Assembly (NCBI RefSeq): GCF_963921235.1
Contig: NC_086097.1
Span: 103,542,001-103,606,000 of the forward strand
Origin: Mobula hypostoma
Lineage: Eukaryota
Reading direction: 5' to 3'
DNA: 64,000 nucleotides
The position numbers were made by a program, and so were the translations under genes. Positions 1-13,257 of this stretch are shown here, piece after piece. A model generated the notes under the pieces. The model saw nothing but the letters and a program-made list of their open reading frames with translations. It ran no database searches and was not told where the DNA came from. How positions within the stretch are numbered: position 1 is the first letter of the stretch; each line of letters starts with the position of its first letter.

Positions 1-720
1 TTAATCTGGACAAGTGTAAAGTGCAATGCACATAGAAAGCAGGAAACCTAGGAACATTGGTAAATAGAAGGATGTTGGGGTGCAAGTCCATAGTTCTCTG
101 AGAGTGGAAACACAAATGCAAGGAGTAAAGAAGGTGCACAACATATTTTCCTTGATCAGTCAGGGCACTGAGCATAACAGTTGGCAAGTTATTTGCAGCT
201 GTAAAAAACTTTGGTTAGGCCACATCTACAGCACTGTGAGAGTTCTGGTCACTGCATTACTGAAAGGACGAGCAAATTTGGAGAAGAGCAGAAGAGATTC
301 ACCAGGATGCCGTCTGGATTAAAGAGTATTCCTTTTGGGTTGGGGCACGTGGCCAAGTGGTTAAGGCGTTGGTCTAGTGATCTCAAGGTCGCTGGTTTGA
401 GCCTCAGCTGTGGCATTGTGTTTGTGTCCTTGAGCAAGGCACTTAATCACACATTGCTCTAGTGTCTGTGCGAGGAGTGGTGCCCCACACAGACTTCCAA
501 TCTGCGCCTTGTAAGGCACGAAAATGCCTGACGCAGTCCTTTCATGGTCTGAGTCGACGTTCCCTGCCTTTTAAAGAGAAGCTGGTGAAACTGACTGTTT
601 TCTCTAAAACAAAGACTGACAGAAGACCTGAGAGGAATATGTTGTCAAGAAAGGCAAAAGAAGCTGATATAATAGCAGCACTTAAGAGGTACTGTCTGAA
701 AAATGAAAAGGAATGGAATA
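1..720 (+). mobile_element. Degenerate CR1 LINE ORF2 3' part, split by a SINE
   Basis: Decayed CR1 motifs (LVRPHL, QKRFTRMPSG); sequence resumes after ~568. Confidence 0.75.
340..567 (+). mobile_element. tRNA-derived SINE with CORE-like central domain
   Basis: A box TGGCCAAGTGG, B box GGTTTGAGCC, body GTGTCCTTGAGCAAGGCACTTAA; CCTTTT occurs on both flanks. Confidence 0.8.
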
Positions 721-1349
721 TAAGAATACAGATTAGTTTTGATTGCCATTGTGGTTGGTGCAGACATAGTGGGCCAAGATGCCAAAGGCACAGTTTAAAG
801 AACTGTAAACCCAGATATGTAAACCAGGCCACAGAGATAGATCATAAAACCTCAGAAACTCAGAAGGGAGGCAATTTAACCCATTATGTCAATGCCAGCC
901 AAATGCTATTTAGGTTGTTCGCTTTTCCAGGCTCTCAGCCGGCAACTTCTAGGTTCAAAGACCTCGTTCTAATTCTGTACGGAGTTCCTAACTACACCAC
1001 AATTTCAGGAAGAGGGTGATTTCCAGACCTTCACTCCTCTTTGGGAGGAAGATTTCACCCTTTACCTAAATTTCCTCTAATCCTTTACCAATTAACTGAG
1101 ATCTATGCCGTAAAATTATTGATTAATCTAGTAATAGAAGTAGATCCTTACTGTTCACCCTATCCAGCTCTAACATAATTTTAAGTACCACAGTCAAACT
1201 TCTCCTCAGTCTCAAGTGTCTTTACCATGATCTGTTTTGGAGATTATGACCAATGCCTTTGAGGGCACAATTCATTCTCTACCAGCTAGCTTGATCACAT
1301 TTCCTTAGCATTAACCTAACCAAATTTCCTCCTGAACTTGTAATATTAT

Positions 1350-1670
1350 ACAGTTACAGAGTACCTCAGCACTGAAACAGGCCCTTTGGCCCATCTAGTC
1401 TGTGCTGATCTAGTCAAATCAGCCTGCGCCTGGACCATAGCCCTCCATACCTCTCTCAACCGTGTACCAATCCAACCTTCTCTCAGATGTTACAGTTGAA
1501 CCTGCATCTACAATTTCTACTGGCTGCTTGTTCCACGCTCATACCACTCTCTGAGTGAAGAAGTTTCCCCTCAGATTCCCCTTAGATATTTCACCTTTCA
1601 ACCTAAACCTATGACATTGATTTCCAGCCTCACCCAACCTGAAGGGAAAAGCCTGCATGCATTCATCATA
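1350..1670 (-). mobile_element. CR1 3' fragment
   Basis: Minus frame LRGNFFTQRVV followed by a CR1-type 3' UTR. Confidence 0.8.
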
Positions 1671-1859
1671 TTCTGCCAAAAGAAGCCATCCTTCCCCAGA
1701 GAGCTGCCAGAATCTGAACCAATCAGGGTACATGCGTAGATGGACCTGAGTGCAGATGTACCGCTGAGCAAGTGAAGCAGCATGATCTTCATCATAATAG
1801 TACCCTGGGCTTGTCATCAACCCATGACAGAGTGGGTGGAGTATCTGAAGAACAGCATC

Positions 1860-1990
1860 TCTGATTGCAATCATCCTCTCAGCACTTGAATCGAGTGCCA
1901 GCCTGGATTATATGTTGAAGTTTCTTGGCCTGGTCCTATACCCACAACCTTCTCACTGAGTTGTTGAGACATTGAGGTATTCTGCTCAGC
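1860..1990 (-). mobile_element. Degenerate tRNA-SINE head (SacSINE1/DeuSINE-like)
   Basis: Minus strand GAAGGTTGTGGGTATAGG...AACATATAATCCAGGCTGGCACT resembles recalled shark DeuSINE heads. Confidence 0.45.
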
Positions 1991-2151
1991 AGCCTAACCC
2001 TTTGAGATGCCGTTCCACCCTGCAATTTTTAAACAGCTTTGAATAAAAGGATGTATGCTTGTTTCAAAGCACAACAGTACCAATAGTAATTCAAATTAAT
2101 TATTTCACTGCTCACAAACTGTAAACTACTGATGGTACTGCGAAAGCATAC

Positions 2152-2674
2152 CTGTAAACTGGTACGTGCTGTGGGTACAGGTGTGATACCAGGTCACTCG
2201 AGTCCGAATGCCTCCTAGTGAGAAAGGGAACAGATAATGAACGCCTTCTCAAGGGCAAGTAGCTTACAGGGAATGATTTGTTCCATCTTGCCAGTTTAAG
2301 ATTCACATCAGTTTGTAAAGTGCCCTCTATTGGTCGCCTGCATTGCTTCCTGGTGATTAAACTTGCAGTCTCCAGGTGTTGCAAGTTTGCCTTCGCTTCT
2401 AAAAGCTTGTGCCTCTCAGCAATGCTTTCCAGCTGATACCTGATTCTCTTCTTGTGGATATTTTGTTCAGCTTTCCTCAATGTGTGTCTCTGCAGCAGTT
2501 CCAGTTGCACCAATCGTTTTCTGTTCTGCTCAATAAAAGGAATCTCTTCCACTTGTGAGGAGATCTGAACCCCACACTCAGTAAACGATGCCGAGTCGGT
2601 CTGTATTCCCAGCTCCTGTCGCTGCTGTTCAAGGCAAACTAAGCGCTTTTCTTCATTTGCTAGATGTTGCTCGT
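2152..2674 (-). CDS. STARD9: STARD9 exon: (N)EQHLANEEKRL...FIEQNRKRLVQLELLQRHTLRKAEQNIHKKRIRYQLESIAERHKLLEAKANLQHLE...LYPQHVPVY
   Basis: ttttttttcccag| acceptor, CAG|gtatgc donor; 523 nt, phase 1-2. A+AC joins the previous exon as Asn. KR-V-L-LL-RHTLR-AE-N...QLE-I...LLEA matches recalled STARD9. Confidence 0.92.
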
Positions 2675-3507
2675 CTGGGAAAAAAAAGTATAACTGTTAA
2701 TGTGGCAAATGCAAGATAATGCACTGTGGGAAAATTTAAAAGAATGTTTGAAATAGATTCAGTTGAACAACATCTGTGATGACAGAAATAGTGTTAGTGA
2801 CGCAAAAAAAAGCAAACTACTGGAAGAATTCAGCAGGTGGAGGAAACGGACAGCTGGAGTTTTGTCTTGTGACTCTGCTTCATGCTGAAGAGTGTACAGA
2901 GGAGACAGCAAGTACGAAGAGCTGAGGGTGAGGGTGAGGGTTAGGCAGAGGCTGGCGGGTGACAGGTGGAACCAGTGTTAATGGCTTTGACACATTCCTC
3001 CTGTCTCAGTTATTCCTGATTCGGTCTTCACTCACCAGGCTCTGGGTAGTGAAGTTGGGGGAGGGGCGCAGCACGATTAATAGGTCAGGCTGCAAAATGT
3101 CAGCACATCATATACACAGGTTGAGTGCCATTCAAATGTAATGGTCTAGAAAACAAAGATACTTCTTCAACATGTTTACATCAGGCTGCCCAGAAAATTA
3201 AGAACCCTAACTGTAAACTTAACATTTTACAAACAGGGTTCAGGAAATCCGAGGCGGGAGTAGCTGACTCTTAGATCTCCATCATGGGACAGCTTCACTT
3301 CTGCAACATTGCCTCTCAAAATTCTGGTCATTTGGTCACACTTCTCCTTCTACAGTCTTATTCTAAAAGCTCCCTCCCTAGGAGTTGTCTTATGTCCTTG
3401 TACCCCACCCCCATCCCTACCAAAACTCCAGCAATCTTTCAACAATCTGACATGGAAGAGAAAGGTACAATTTAGTTGTCTGGTTGACGCGCTCAACGGT
3501 AGCAATA

Positions 3508-4553
3508 AAGGTGTCCCCCACTTCTTGAATGTTCGCTTTATGAAATCTCACTGTTATGAAAGACCTACATTAGTTCCATTTTTGCTAACAGAAGGTGTTT
3601 TCACAGTTACAAGAAAAACAGTGCATGAAAAGAAAGCAGCGCATGCCCCGAGCAGCTGCTCCTCCCCCGGATTCTCGCCGGCATTGCTTAAACACGTGCC
3701 TGTGAGCAGCCGTTAGCAAGATGAGTTCTACGGTATCGGAAAACCCTAAAAGAGCTCATAAGGATGTTACACTTAGCGTAAAACTAGACATAATTAAGCA
3801 TTTCGATTGTGGTGAACAAAGTAAGGACAAAGTGAGTTTTGCTTATGGAAGTTGACGAAGATGATGTTGCCAATTGTGTCGCCTCTGATCTGGGCCAACA
3901 TTTACATGCCGGGCGGCACCTAATTAATTAGCTTGTTTATTTTGGCTTTTTTCTTAAAGATGTGCTGGGTGCGTCCCTGCTACCGCTGCACCCCTGCATG
4001 CTTCGCGGATCGGTATCGGTCGGCGGCCTGGAGGATGGGGGCCACTGCACCAACCCAACCTCCGACGACTCAGCCTAATACACCATCATCAGTGTGCTCA
4101 ATGTCTTCCCAATTCCCATAAGTGTTGCTACACTGTACATACATTATTTCTACTTGATATAGGCTGTATATTTTTATGTGTTATTTGATATGATTTCAGC
4201 TTCATAGCTTAAAGGTTACTGGAGAGCACTTGCGCCGTGTTGTTGCCGAGAGTGCTTGCGTGATATTTTCACTACGGAGAACAGTGTAGGCAATGATTGT
4301 AGAGAAGTATTTCTACTTTATATAGGCTGTGTATTTATCATATCATTCCCGCTTCTACTACATATTATTGTTATTTTAGGTTTTATGTGTTATTTGGCAT
4401 GATTTGGTAGGTTATTTTTGGGTCTGCAAACGCTCACAAATTTTTCCCATATAAATATGTTTGTAAATGTTAATTGCTTCTTCGCTTTACGACCTTCCGG
4501 CTTACGAACCATTTCATAGGAACGCTCTACCTTCGGATGGCGGGGGAAACCTG
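3508..4553 (+). mobile_element. Tigger/pogo (Tc1-mariner) non-autonomous DNA transposon
   Basis: TA flanks; imperfect TIRs AAGGTGTCCCCC / GGGGGAAACCTG; HTH remnant VTLSVKLDIIKHFDCGEQSKD at ~3766-3830; internal direct repeats at ~4146 and ~4308. Confidence 0.82.
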
Positions 4554-4927
4554 TATATTAGGGAATTAATTGTGGACTTTAGGAAGGGGAAGCTGGGAAA
4601 ACATGCATCAGTCCTTATTGAGGGTCAACTGTACAAAAGGTGAGCAGCTTCAAGTTCATAAGACCATAAGACCACAAGACATAGGAGCAGAATTAGGCCA
4701 TCTGGCCCATCGAATCTGCTCTGCCATTCAATAATGGCCAATACCTTTTTTTCTCTCCTTCTTAATCTCAGTTCCCTGCCTTCTCCCTGAAAACTTTGAT
4801 GTAAGTCCCATCAAGAACCTATCAATCCCTGCCTTAAATACACCCAACACATTGGCCTCCACAACTGCATGTGGCAACAAATTCTACAAATTCATCACCC
4901 TTTGGCGAAAGAAATTTCTCAGCATCG

Positions 4928-5520
4928 GCGGAGGTTGACAGTGTGGCTAAGAAGGCATACGGTGTATTGGCCTTCATCAACCGTGGGATTGAGTTCAAGA
5001 GCTAAGAGGTAATGTCCCCACTTGGCGTACTGTGCTCAGTTCTGGTCAACTCACTACAGAAAGGATGTGGAACCTATAGGAAGGGTTCAGAGGAGTTGCC
5101 TGGATTGGGGAGCATGTCTTATGAGAATAGGTTGAGTAAACTTGGCCTTTTCTATTTAGATCAGTGGAGGATGAGAGGTGACCTGACAGAGGTGCATAAG
5201 GCGATGAGAGGCATTGATCGTGTGGATAGCCAGACGCTTTTTCCCAGGGCTGAAATGGCTAACACAAGAGGACACAGTTTTAAAGTGCTTGGAAGTAGGC
5301 ACAGAGGAAATGTCAGGGGTAAGTTTTTTACGCAGAGAGTGGTAAGTGCATGGAATGGGCTGACGGCAATGGTGGTGGAAGCGGATAAAATAGGATCTTT
5401 TAAGCGACTCCTGGATAGGCACATGGAGCTCAGAAAAATAATTTCTAAAGTAAGGACATGTTCGGCATAGCTTTGTGGGCTGAAGGGCCTGTATTGTGCT
5501 GTAGGTTTTTCTATGTTTTC
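4928..5520 (+). mobile_element. 5'-truncated CR1 nested in opposite orientation
   Basis: ORF 5012..5470 MRGDL..FFTQRVVSAWNGL; TTCTATGT-type tail. Confidence 0.88.
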
Positions 5521-6204
5521 TCTGTTTCTGTCTCTGTCTTAAAAGAGTGCCCCTCTATCCTGTATCCTGAGGCTGTGGCCTCTTGTCCTAGACTCTCCCG
5601 GCAATGGAAACATCCTTTCCTATCTATACTGTCTAGGCCTTTCAACATTCAAAAGGTTTCAATGAGATCCCCCCTCATCCTTGTGAATACCAGCAAGTAC
5701 AGACCCAGAGCCATCAAACGTTCCTCGTATGATAACCCTTTCATTCTTGGAATCATCCTTGTGAACCTCCTCTGGACCCTCTCCAGTGCTAGCAGATCTT
5801 TTCTAAGATGAAGAGCCCAAAACTGTTCACAATACTCAAGGTGAGGCCTCACCAGTGCCTTATAAAGCCTCAGCATCACATCCTTGCTCTTGTATTCTAG
5901 ACCCCTTGAAATGAATGCTAACATGGCATTTTGCCTTCCTCACCGCCGACTCAACCTGCAAGTTAGCCTTCAGGGTGTTCTGCACAAGGACTCCCAAGAC
6001 CCTCTGCAGCTCAGATTCTTGGATTTTCTTCCCGTTTAGAAAGTAGTCCGCAGATTTACTTCTGTTACCAAAGTTCATGGCCATGCATTTTCCAACATCG
6101 TATTATGTTTGTCACTTTCTTGCTCATTCTCCTAATCTGTCTAAGTCCTTCTGCAGCCTACCCATTTCCTCAACACTACCTGCCCCTCTACCAATCTTCA
6201 TATC

Positions 6205-8553
6205 ATAGAAACATAGAAAATAGGTGCAGGAGTAGGCCATTCGGCCCTTCGAGCCTGCACCGCCATTCAGTATGATCATGGCTGATCATCCAACTCAGAA
6301 CCCTGTACCAGCCTTCCCTCTATACCCCCTGATCCCTTTAGCCACAAGGGCCATATCCAACTCCCTCTTAAATATAGCCAATGAACTGGCCTCAACTGTT
6401 TCCTGTGGCAGAGAATTCCACAGATTCACCACTCTCTGTGTGAAGAAGTTTTTCCTAATCTCAGTCCTAAAAGGCTTCCCCTTTATCCTCAAACTGTAAC
6501 CCCTCGTTCTGGACTTCCCCAACATCGGGAACAATCTTCCTGCATCTAGCCTGTCCAATCCCTTTAGGATTTTATACATTTTATACATTTCAATAAGATC
6601 CCCCCTCAATCTTCTAAATTCCAACAAATATAAGCCTAGTCGATCCAGTCTTTCATCATATGAAAGTCCTGCCATCCCAGGAATCAATCTAGTGAATCTT
6701 CTTTGTACTCCCTCTATGGCAAGGATGTCTTTCCTCAGATTAGGGGACCAAAACTGCACACAATACTCCAGGTGTCTCACCAAGGCCTTGTACAACTGCA
6801 GTAGTACCTCCCTGCTCCTGTACTCGAATCCTCTTGCTATGAATGCCAGCATACCATTTGCTTTCTTCACCGCCTGCTGTACCTGCATGCCCACTTTCAA
6901 TGACTGGTGTATAATGACACTCAGGTCTCGTTGCACCTCCCCATTTCCTAATCAGCCACCATTCAAATAATAATCCGTTTTCCTGTTTTTGCCACCAAAG
7001 TGGATAACCTCACATTTATCCACATTAAATTGCATCTGCCATGAATGTGCCCACTCACCTAACCTATCCAAGTCACCCTGCATCTTCTTAGCATCCTCCT
7101 CACAGTTAACACTGCCGCCCAGCTTTGTGTCATCTGCAAACTTGGCTTTGCTGCATTTAGTTCCCTCATCTAAGTCATTAATATATATTGTAAACAACTG
7201 GGGTCCCAGCACTGAGCCTTGCGGTACCCCACTAGTCACTGCCTGCCATTCTGAAAAGGTCCCATTTATTCCCACTCTTTGCTTCCTGCCTGCCAACCAA
7301 TTCTCTATCCACATCAATACCTTACCCCCAATACCATGTGCTTTAAGTTTACACACTAATCCCCTGTGTGGGACCTTGTCAAAAGCCTTTTGAAAATCCA
7401 AATATACCACATCCACTGCTTCTCCCCTATCCGCTCTACTAGTTACATCCTCAAAAAAATTCTATGAGATTCATCAGACATGATTTTCCTTTCACAAATC
7501 CATGCTGACTTTGTCCAATGATTTCACCACTTTCCAAATGTGCTGTTATCACATCTTTGATAACTGACTCTAGCATTTTCCCCACCACCGATGTTAGGCT
7601 AACCGGTCTATAATTCCCTGGTTTCTCTCTCCCTCCTTTTTTAAAAAGTGGGGTTACATTAGCCACCCTCCAATCCTCAGGAGCTAGTCCAGAATCTAAA
7701 GAGTTTTGAAAAATTATCACTAATGCATCCACTATTTCTTGGGCTACTTCCTTAAGCACTCTGGGATGTAGACCATCTGGCCCTGGGGATTTATCTGCCT
7801 TTAATCCCTTCAATTTACCTAACACCACTTCCCTACTAACTTGTATTTCCCTCAGTTCCTCCATCTCACTGGACCGTCTGTCCCTTACTATTTCCAGAAG
7901 ATTATTTATGTCCTCCTTAGTGAAGACAGAACCAAAGTAGTTATTCAATTGGTCTGCCATGTCCTTGCTTCCCATAATCAATTCACCTGTTTCTGTCTGT
8001 AGGGGACGTACATTTGTCTTAACCAATCTTTTTCTTTTCACATATCTATAAAAGCTTTTAAAGTCAGTTTTTATGTTCCCCGCCAGTTTTCTCTCATCAT
8101 CTTTTTTCCCTTTCCTAATTAAGCCCTTTGTCCTCCTCTGCTGGATTCTGAATTTCTCCCAGTCCTCAGGTGAGCCACTTTTTCTGGCTAATTTGTATGC
8201 TTCTTCTTTGGAATTGATACTATCCCTAATTTCCCTTGTCAGCCACGGGTGCACTGCCTTCCCTGATTTATTCTTTTGCCAAACTGGGATGAACAATTGT
8301 TGTAGTTCATCCATGCAATCTTTAAATGCTTGCCATTGTATATCAACCGTCAACCCTTTAAGTGTCATTTGCCAGTCTATCTTTGCTAATTCACGTCTCA
8401 TACCTTCAAAGTTACCTTTCTTTAAGCTCAGAACCTTTGTTTCTGAATTAACTATGTCACTCTCCATCTTAATAAAGAATTACATCATATTATGGTCACT
8501 GTTACCCAAGGGGCCTCTCACGACAAGATTGCTAACTAACCCTTCCTCATTGC
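6205..8553 (-). mobile_element. Relatively young 5'-truncated CR1 LINE (ORF2 linker, RT and C-terminus, frameshifted)
   Basis: ORFs of 338, 154 and 213 aa with [44 protein letters not shown] duplicated at the junctions; CATAGAAA tail. Confidence 0.95.
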
Positions 8554-9080
8554 TCATCTGCAAACTTGGCAACAAAGCCATCTATTCCATCATCTAAATC
8601 ATCCATATACAGCATAAAAAGAAGTGGTCCCAACATCACCCCTGTGGAACACCACTAGTCACTGGCAGCCAAACAGAAAAGGATTCTTTTATTGCCACTC
8701 TCTGCCTCCTACCAATCAGCTAATGCTCTAACCATGCCAGTAACTTTCCTGTAATCCCATGGGCTCTTAACTTGGTAAGCAGCCTCATGTGTGGCACCTT
8801 GTCAAAGGGCCTTCTGAAAATCCAAATATACAACATCCACCGCATTCCCTTTATCTATCCTACTTGTAACTTCCAACAGGCTTGTCAGGCAGGATTTTCC
8901 CTGAAGGAAACCATGCTGACATTGTACTATCTTGTCCTGTGTCACCAAGTACGCCATCACCTCATCCTTAATGGTTCATGGTGTCAACATTTTGAAGGAT
9001 CTATACTGGGCCCAACACAGTGATGCAGTCATCAAAATGCAGCTCTAGTTCATTTGGAGTTTAAGGAGATTTGGCATATC

Positions 9081-11215
9081 TATAGGACAAAGGAGCAGAA
9101 TTAGGTTATTCGGCCCATTGAGTCTGCTCGGCCATTTGATCATGGTTGATCTATTTCCCTCTCAACCCCATTCTCCTGCCTTCTCCCCATATTCTTTCAC
9201 ACTCATTTAGAAAATAATCTACACTTTTACTCCTTCCACCAACGTGCATGAACATATACTTCTCAACACTATTCAATCTGCCATCTCTTTGCCCATTCTC
9301 GTGACCTGTCGAAGTCCTTCTGCAGCATCTCTATCTCAACGCTACCTGCTGCTCCACCAATCTCCATATCGTTTGCAAACTTAGCCACAAAGCCATCAAT
9401 TCCATCATCCAAATCATTGACTTACAATTTAAAGTGATTGTTGTCCCAACACAGACCCCTGTGGAACACCACTAATTACCAGCAGCCAATCCAAAAAGGA
9501 TCTCTTTATTCTCACTCTGCATCCTGCCAATCAACCAAAGCTCTATCCATGCTAGTATTTTTCCTGTAATATCCTGGGCTTTTATCTTGTTTAGTAGCCT
9601 TATGTGTGGTATCTTGTTAAAGTCCTTCTGAAAATCCAAGTACACAACAGCCACCTTTGTTTATCCTGCTTGTTATTTCTTCAAAGAAATACAACAGATT
9701 TGTCAGGCAAGATTTTTTCTTTAGGTACCCTGAAATCTCATCCTTAACAATCAATTCCAAGTTCTTCCTAACCACTGAGGTCAGACTAACTGGCCTATAA
9801 TTTCCTTTCTTCTGCCTCCCTCCTTTCTTGAAGAGTGGAGTGACATTTGCAATTTCTCAGTCCCCCAGAACCATGTTGGAAACTAACAATTCTTAAAAGA
9901 TCATTACTAATGCCTCCACAACCTCTTCAGCTACCTCTTTCAGAACCCTGGGGTGTATTCCATTAGGTCCAGGTGAATTATCTACCTTCAGACCTTTCAG
10001 TTTCCCAAGCACCATCTCCCTCGTAATAGCAACTGCACGCACTTCTGCCCCTTGACATTCTTCAACTTCTGGCACACTACTAGTGTCTTCCACAGTGACA
10101 CCTGATGCAAAATATTTATTCAGTTCGTCCACCATTTCCTTGACCACATTACTATCTCTCCGGTGTCATTTTCCAGCGGTCCAATATCTTACTCTCACCT
10201 CTCTTTATGTATATCTGAAAAACTTCCGGTATCAATTTTGATATTATTGCCTTGCTTACCTTCATATTTCATCTCTTCCCTCCTTATAGCTTTTTAGTTG
10301 CCTTTCTGTTGGTTTTTTAAAAAGTTCCCAATCCTCTAACTTCCCACTTATTTTGCTAAATTATATGCACTCTCTTTTGCTTTTATGTTGGCTTTGACTT
10401 CCTTTGTCAGCCACGTTTGTGTCATCCTGTTTTAGGATATTACTCTTCTTCGGACTATATCTATCCTGCACCTTCTGAATTGCTCCCAGAAGCTCCCTGA
10501 TCATATCTGGTTCATTACACAGCACCCAATTATGAATTGCTGATCCTCTAGCAGGCTCAACAATGAACTGCTCCAAAAAGCCATCTCTGAGGCATTCCAC
10601 AAATTCTTTCCCTTGGGATCCAACAGCAACCTGATTTTCCCAATCTATCTGCATATCGAAATCCCCCATGACTATCGTAACATTGCCTTTTTGACATGCT
10701 GTTACCATATTCTGACTACTGTTTGGAGGTCTGTATATAACTCCCATCAGGGTCTTCTTACCCTTGCAGTTTCTTAACTCTACCAACAAGGATTCAACAC
10801 TTTCTAATCCTATGTCACTTCTTTCTAAAGATTTCATTTCATTTTTTACCAGTAGAGCCACTCCTCCTCTGCCTGTCCTTTCGATAGTGTGTGTATCCTT
10901 GGATATTAAGCTGCCAACTGCAATTGTCTTTCAGCCGTATGACTCTGTCACACCTACAACCTGCACCGGCCAATCTCTAACTGCGCTATTAGATCATCTG
11001 CCTTATTTTGTGGACAGCATGCATTCAAATATAACACCTACAGTCCTGTATTTGCCATTCTTTTCAGTTTTCTTCCGTTATTACACTACAACCCATCCCA
11101 CTGACTGCAACTTTGTCCTATCATCTGCCTGTCCTTTCTGACAGTCTCACTATATATTAACTCTGTTTGTAAGACATCATCCCTATCCTCAGTCCTATCA
11201 CTCCGGTTCCCATCT
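9081..11215 (-). mobile_element. Internally deleted CR1 LINE (EN remnant, RT remnant, 3' end)
   Basis: ORF 10361..10861 with GVIYRPP and VMGDF (APE endonuclease); YLDFQK in 9472..9654. Confidence 0.88.
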
Positions 11216-11664
11216 CCAGAAACTCTTACAAATTTCTACAGATGTACTGTAGAGAGTATTCTTACTTGTTGCATCACAACCTGGCACAGAGCCGCCAATG
11301 CACAAGATCTTAAGGGGGTTGCAAAGAGTTATACATTCAGCCAGCTCCTTCGCAGGCACAATCCCCTCTGGCATCGAGGACATCTTCAAGAGGCAGTGCC
11401 TCAGGATGGTGGCGTCCATCATTAAGGATTCTCACCAGGTCCTCTTCTCATTACCACCATCAATGAGGTGGTACAGGAATCTAAAGGCCCACAATTAACA
11501 TTTCAAGAACAGTTTCTTCTCCTCCAAAATCAGATTTCTAAATGGACATTAACTACTTATATATTTTTTAACACACTATTTACTTATCTTGTAATTTACA
11601 GTAATTTCATGTATTTGTACTATTATTTAAGCAACAAATTTCATAAAATGTATAATTAATCTTA

Positions 11665-12234
11665 TGTAACATCCTGGGAAAGGATTCACTGCTAACGTAA
11701 TGGTCTTTCTGTAGAAGCAGTGTTTGTGTTACAGTTAGAGATAACGGGTGCTTTGGAGCGTGAGCCGTCCATTGAGGGGAGTGTATTTTCGTGGTGTGTA
11801 CCTGACACCAAGGTGATCTGGGTCCTTTGCTTGGCGGGAGATGGAGAGAAAAGATGTCAGAAAGGAGCGGTCATAGACATGAGAAAGGAGTGGACTTGGA
11901 GAGGGGCCGGGAGCCAACGAAGCCCAGGGAAATCGATGGAGGATCGGCGAAAGGTAAATCGTGAGCTCCAACTTGAGCACACTAGACTGTTTCATTAAAA
12001 TGGGATCTTTTCTTTTTGTTTTTCTTTACTAACCCTTTAGTCAATTTAAGAATTATAAAGCTAAATTGTTTAATTGCATATGGTGTACTGTCTATTATTT
12101 CGTGGCACTGATTCGTAACAGGAACAAATCACGCAGCATCCACACAAACAGAAGGTTTTGCACCCTAATTTTACATGTTTGGCGGACATGTTTGCCTTCC
12201 CTAGACTTACGCAGCTGGCAGAACCTGGGTTACA
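11665..12234. mobile_element. Solo LTR (570 bp), Gypsy-type by TSD length
   Basis: Starts TGTAAC, ends GTTACA (inverted termini); exact 4-bp TSD CTTA at 11661-11664 and 12235-12238. Confidence 0.88.
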
Positions 12235-12449
12235 CTTACTATGATTCTGTGAGCCCAACCTTGCTGCAGAACCAGCTGCCTATCTGATTAATGACCAGTT
12301 AATGAACAGAAACACTGAAGTCAAGATCAAATACAAAAAATTGGGCAGAACGAGATGAAAAAAAGACCATTCATAACAGGGTACAGAAATGATCACTGGA
12401 TGAAGTAAGGCAAAAAGGGATGGCAATGAAACAAATTACGCACCTGGAC

Positions 12450-12650
12450 AAGTGCAGTAGTGCACTGTTAATACCTCATAGTTCACAGTTCACAGGACTT
12501 GGGTTTAATCCTACCTGTGGTGCTTTTGTGGAGTTTGCACTCTCTCTTGGACCATGAGAGTTTCCCTAAGTGCTATGATTTCCTCCTAAATGCCAAAGAT
12601 GTGTTGATATATTAATTAGCCACTGCAAATTGTTCCTAGGGTAGGTGAAT
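12450..12650 (+). mobile_element. V-SINE (HE1-like), degenerate
   Basis: B-box-like GGTTTAATCC, then V-domain GTGGAGTTTGCAC...GTTTCC...GTGCT...TTTCCTCC. Confidence 0.7.
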
Positions 12651-12748
12651 TTCAGAAAGAACAAAGGGACGTTGATAGGCATGCAAGAAAAAAATTAGGC
12701 TCAGGTATATGGGAAGTGAAACAAATTATTCTGAGAACTACCAGGAAC

Positions 12749-13060
12749 CATAAGACCATAAGACAAAGGAGCAGAATTTGGCCATTCGGCCCATCGAGTC
12801 TGCTCCGCCATTTTACCATGAGCTAATCCATTCTCCCATTTAGTCCCACTCCCCCGCCTTCTCACCATAACCTTTGATGCCCTGGCTACTCAGATACCTA
12901 TTAACCTCTGCCTTAAATACACCCAATGACTTGGCCTCCACTGCTGCCCGTGGCAACAAATCCCATAGATTCACCACCCTCTGACTCAAAAAATTTCTTC
13001 GCATTTTCTGTTCTGAATGGGTGCCCTTCAATCTTTAAGTCATGCCCTCTCGTACTAGAA
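12749..13060 (-). mobile_element. CR1 3' fragment
   Basis: ORF 12840..13031 SQRVVNLW..GYGEKAGEWD, closely similar to copies at 15781 and 44005. Confidence 0.88.
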
Positions 13061-13257
13061 ACCTGATGTAAATAAACTAAAAGGCAAAGTTGTTTCCTAC
13101 TTTATGATAATACAGAAAGAATTTGATCCTGCTGGTAACAGAAATGGTATAGCCAAAACACGATGTTCAGAATTGATGAAATATATTTAATTCCCAGTAC
13201 TAACGAGAATCTCCTTTCCACAACCCCAAGTAAACTGAAAAGGGTGACTCTACATAC

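Larger units (their letters stand above)
4658..8973 (-). mobile_element. CR1 LINE (RT to 3' end) hosting two further CR1 insertions
   Basis: Tandem tail CATAAGAC at 4657; ORF 5649..5924 LVRPHLEYC...LERVQRRFTRMIP; RT continues at 8554-8970. Confidence 0.88.
4560..11660 (+). mobile_element. Rex1/Babar-like LINE 3' part in three pieces (4560-4657, 8974-9080, 11216-11660)
   Basis: Pieces are collinear (ELIVDFRKG; GVNI..DL.W; NFYRCTVESILT; 3' UTR) and match the copy at 22880-23520. GTTCAT is duplicated at 4654 and 8974. Confidence 0.8.

Noticed and set aside
340..415. Genuine tRNA gene
   Set aside because: A and B boxes continue into a SINE body, and the unit interrupts a CR1.
462..1019. 185-aa plus-strand ORF
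   Set aside because: Runs across SINE and CR1 debris with no recognisable domain; chance frame.
2112..2151. Read-through to the stop at 2112 as the STARD9 C-terminus
   Set aside because: A good donor (CAG|GTATGC) lies at 2151, no nearby minus-strand AATAAA was seen, and STARD9 is known to continue much further.
6205..8553. Active or domesticated reverse transcriptase
   Set aside because: 5'-truncated, lacks the endonuclease, and is broken into three ORFs by frameshifts.
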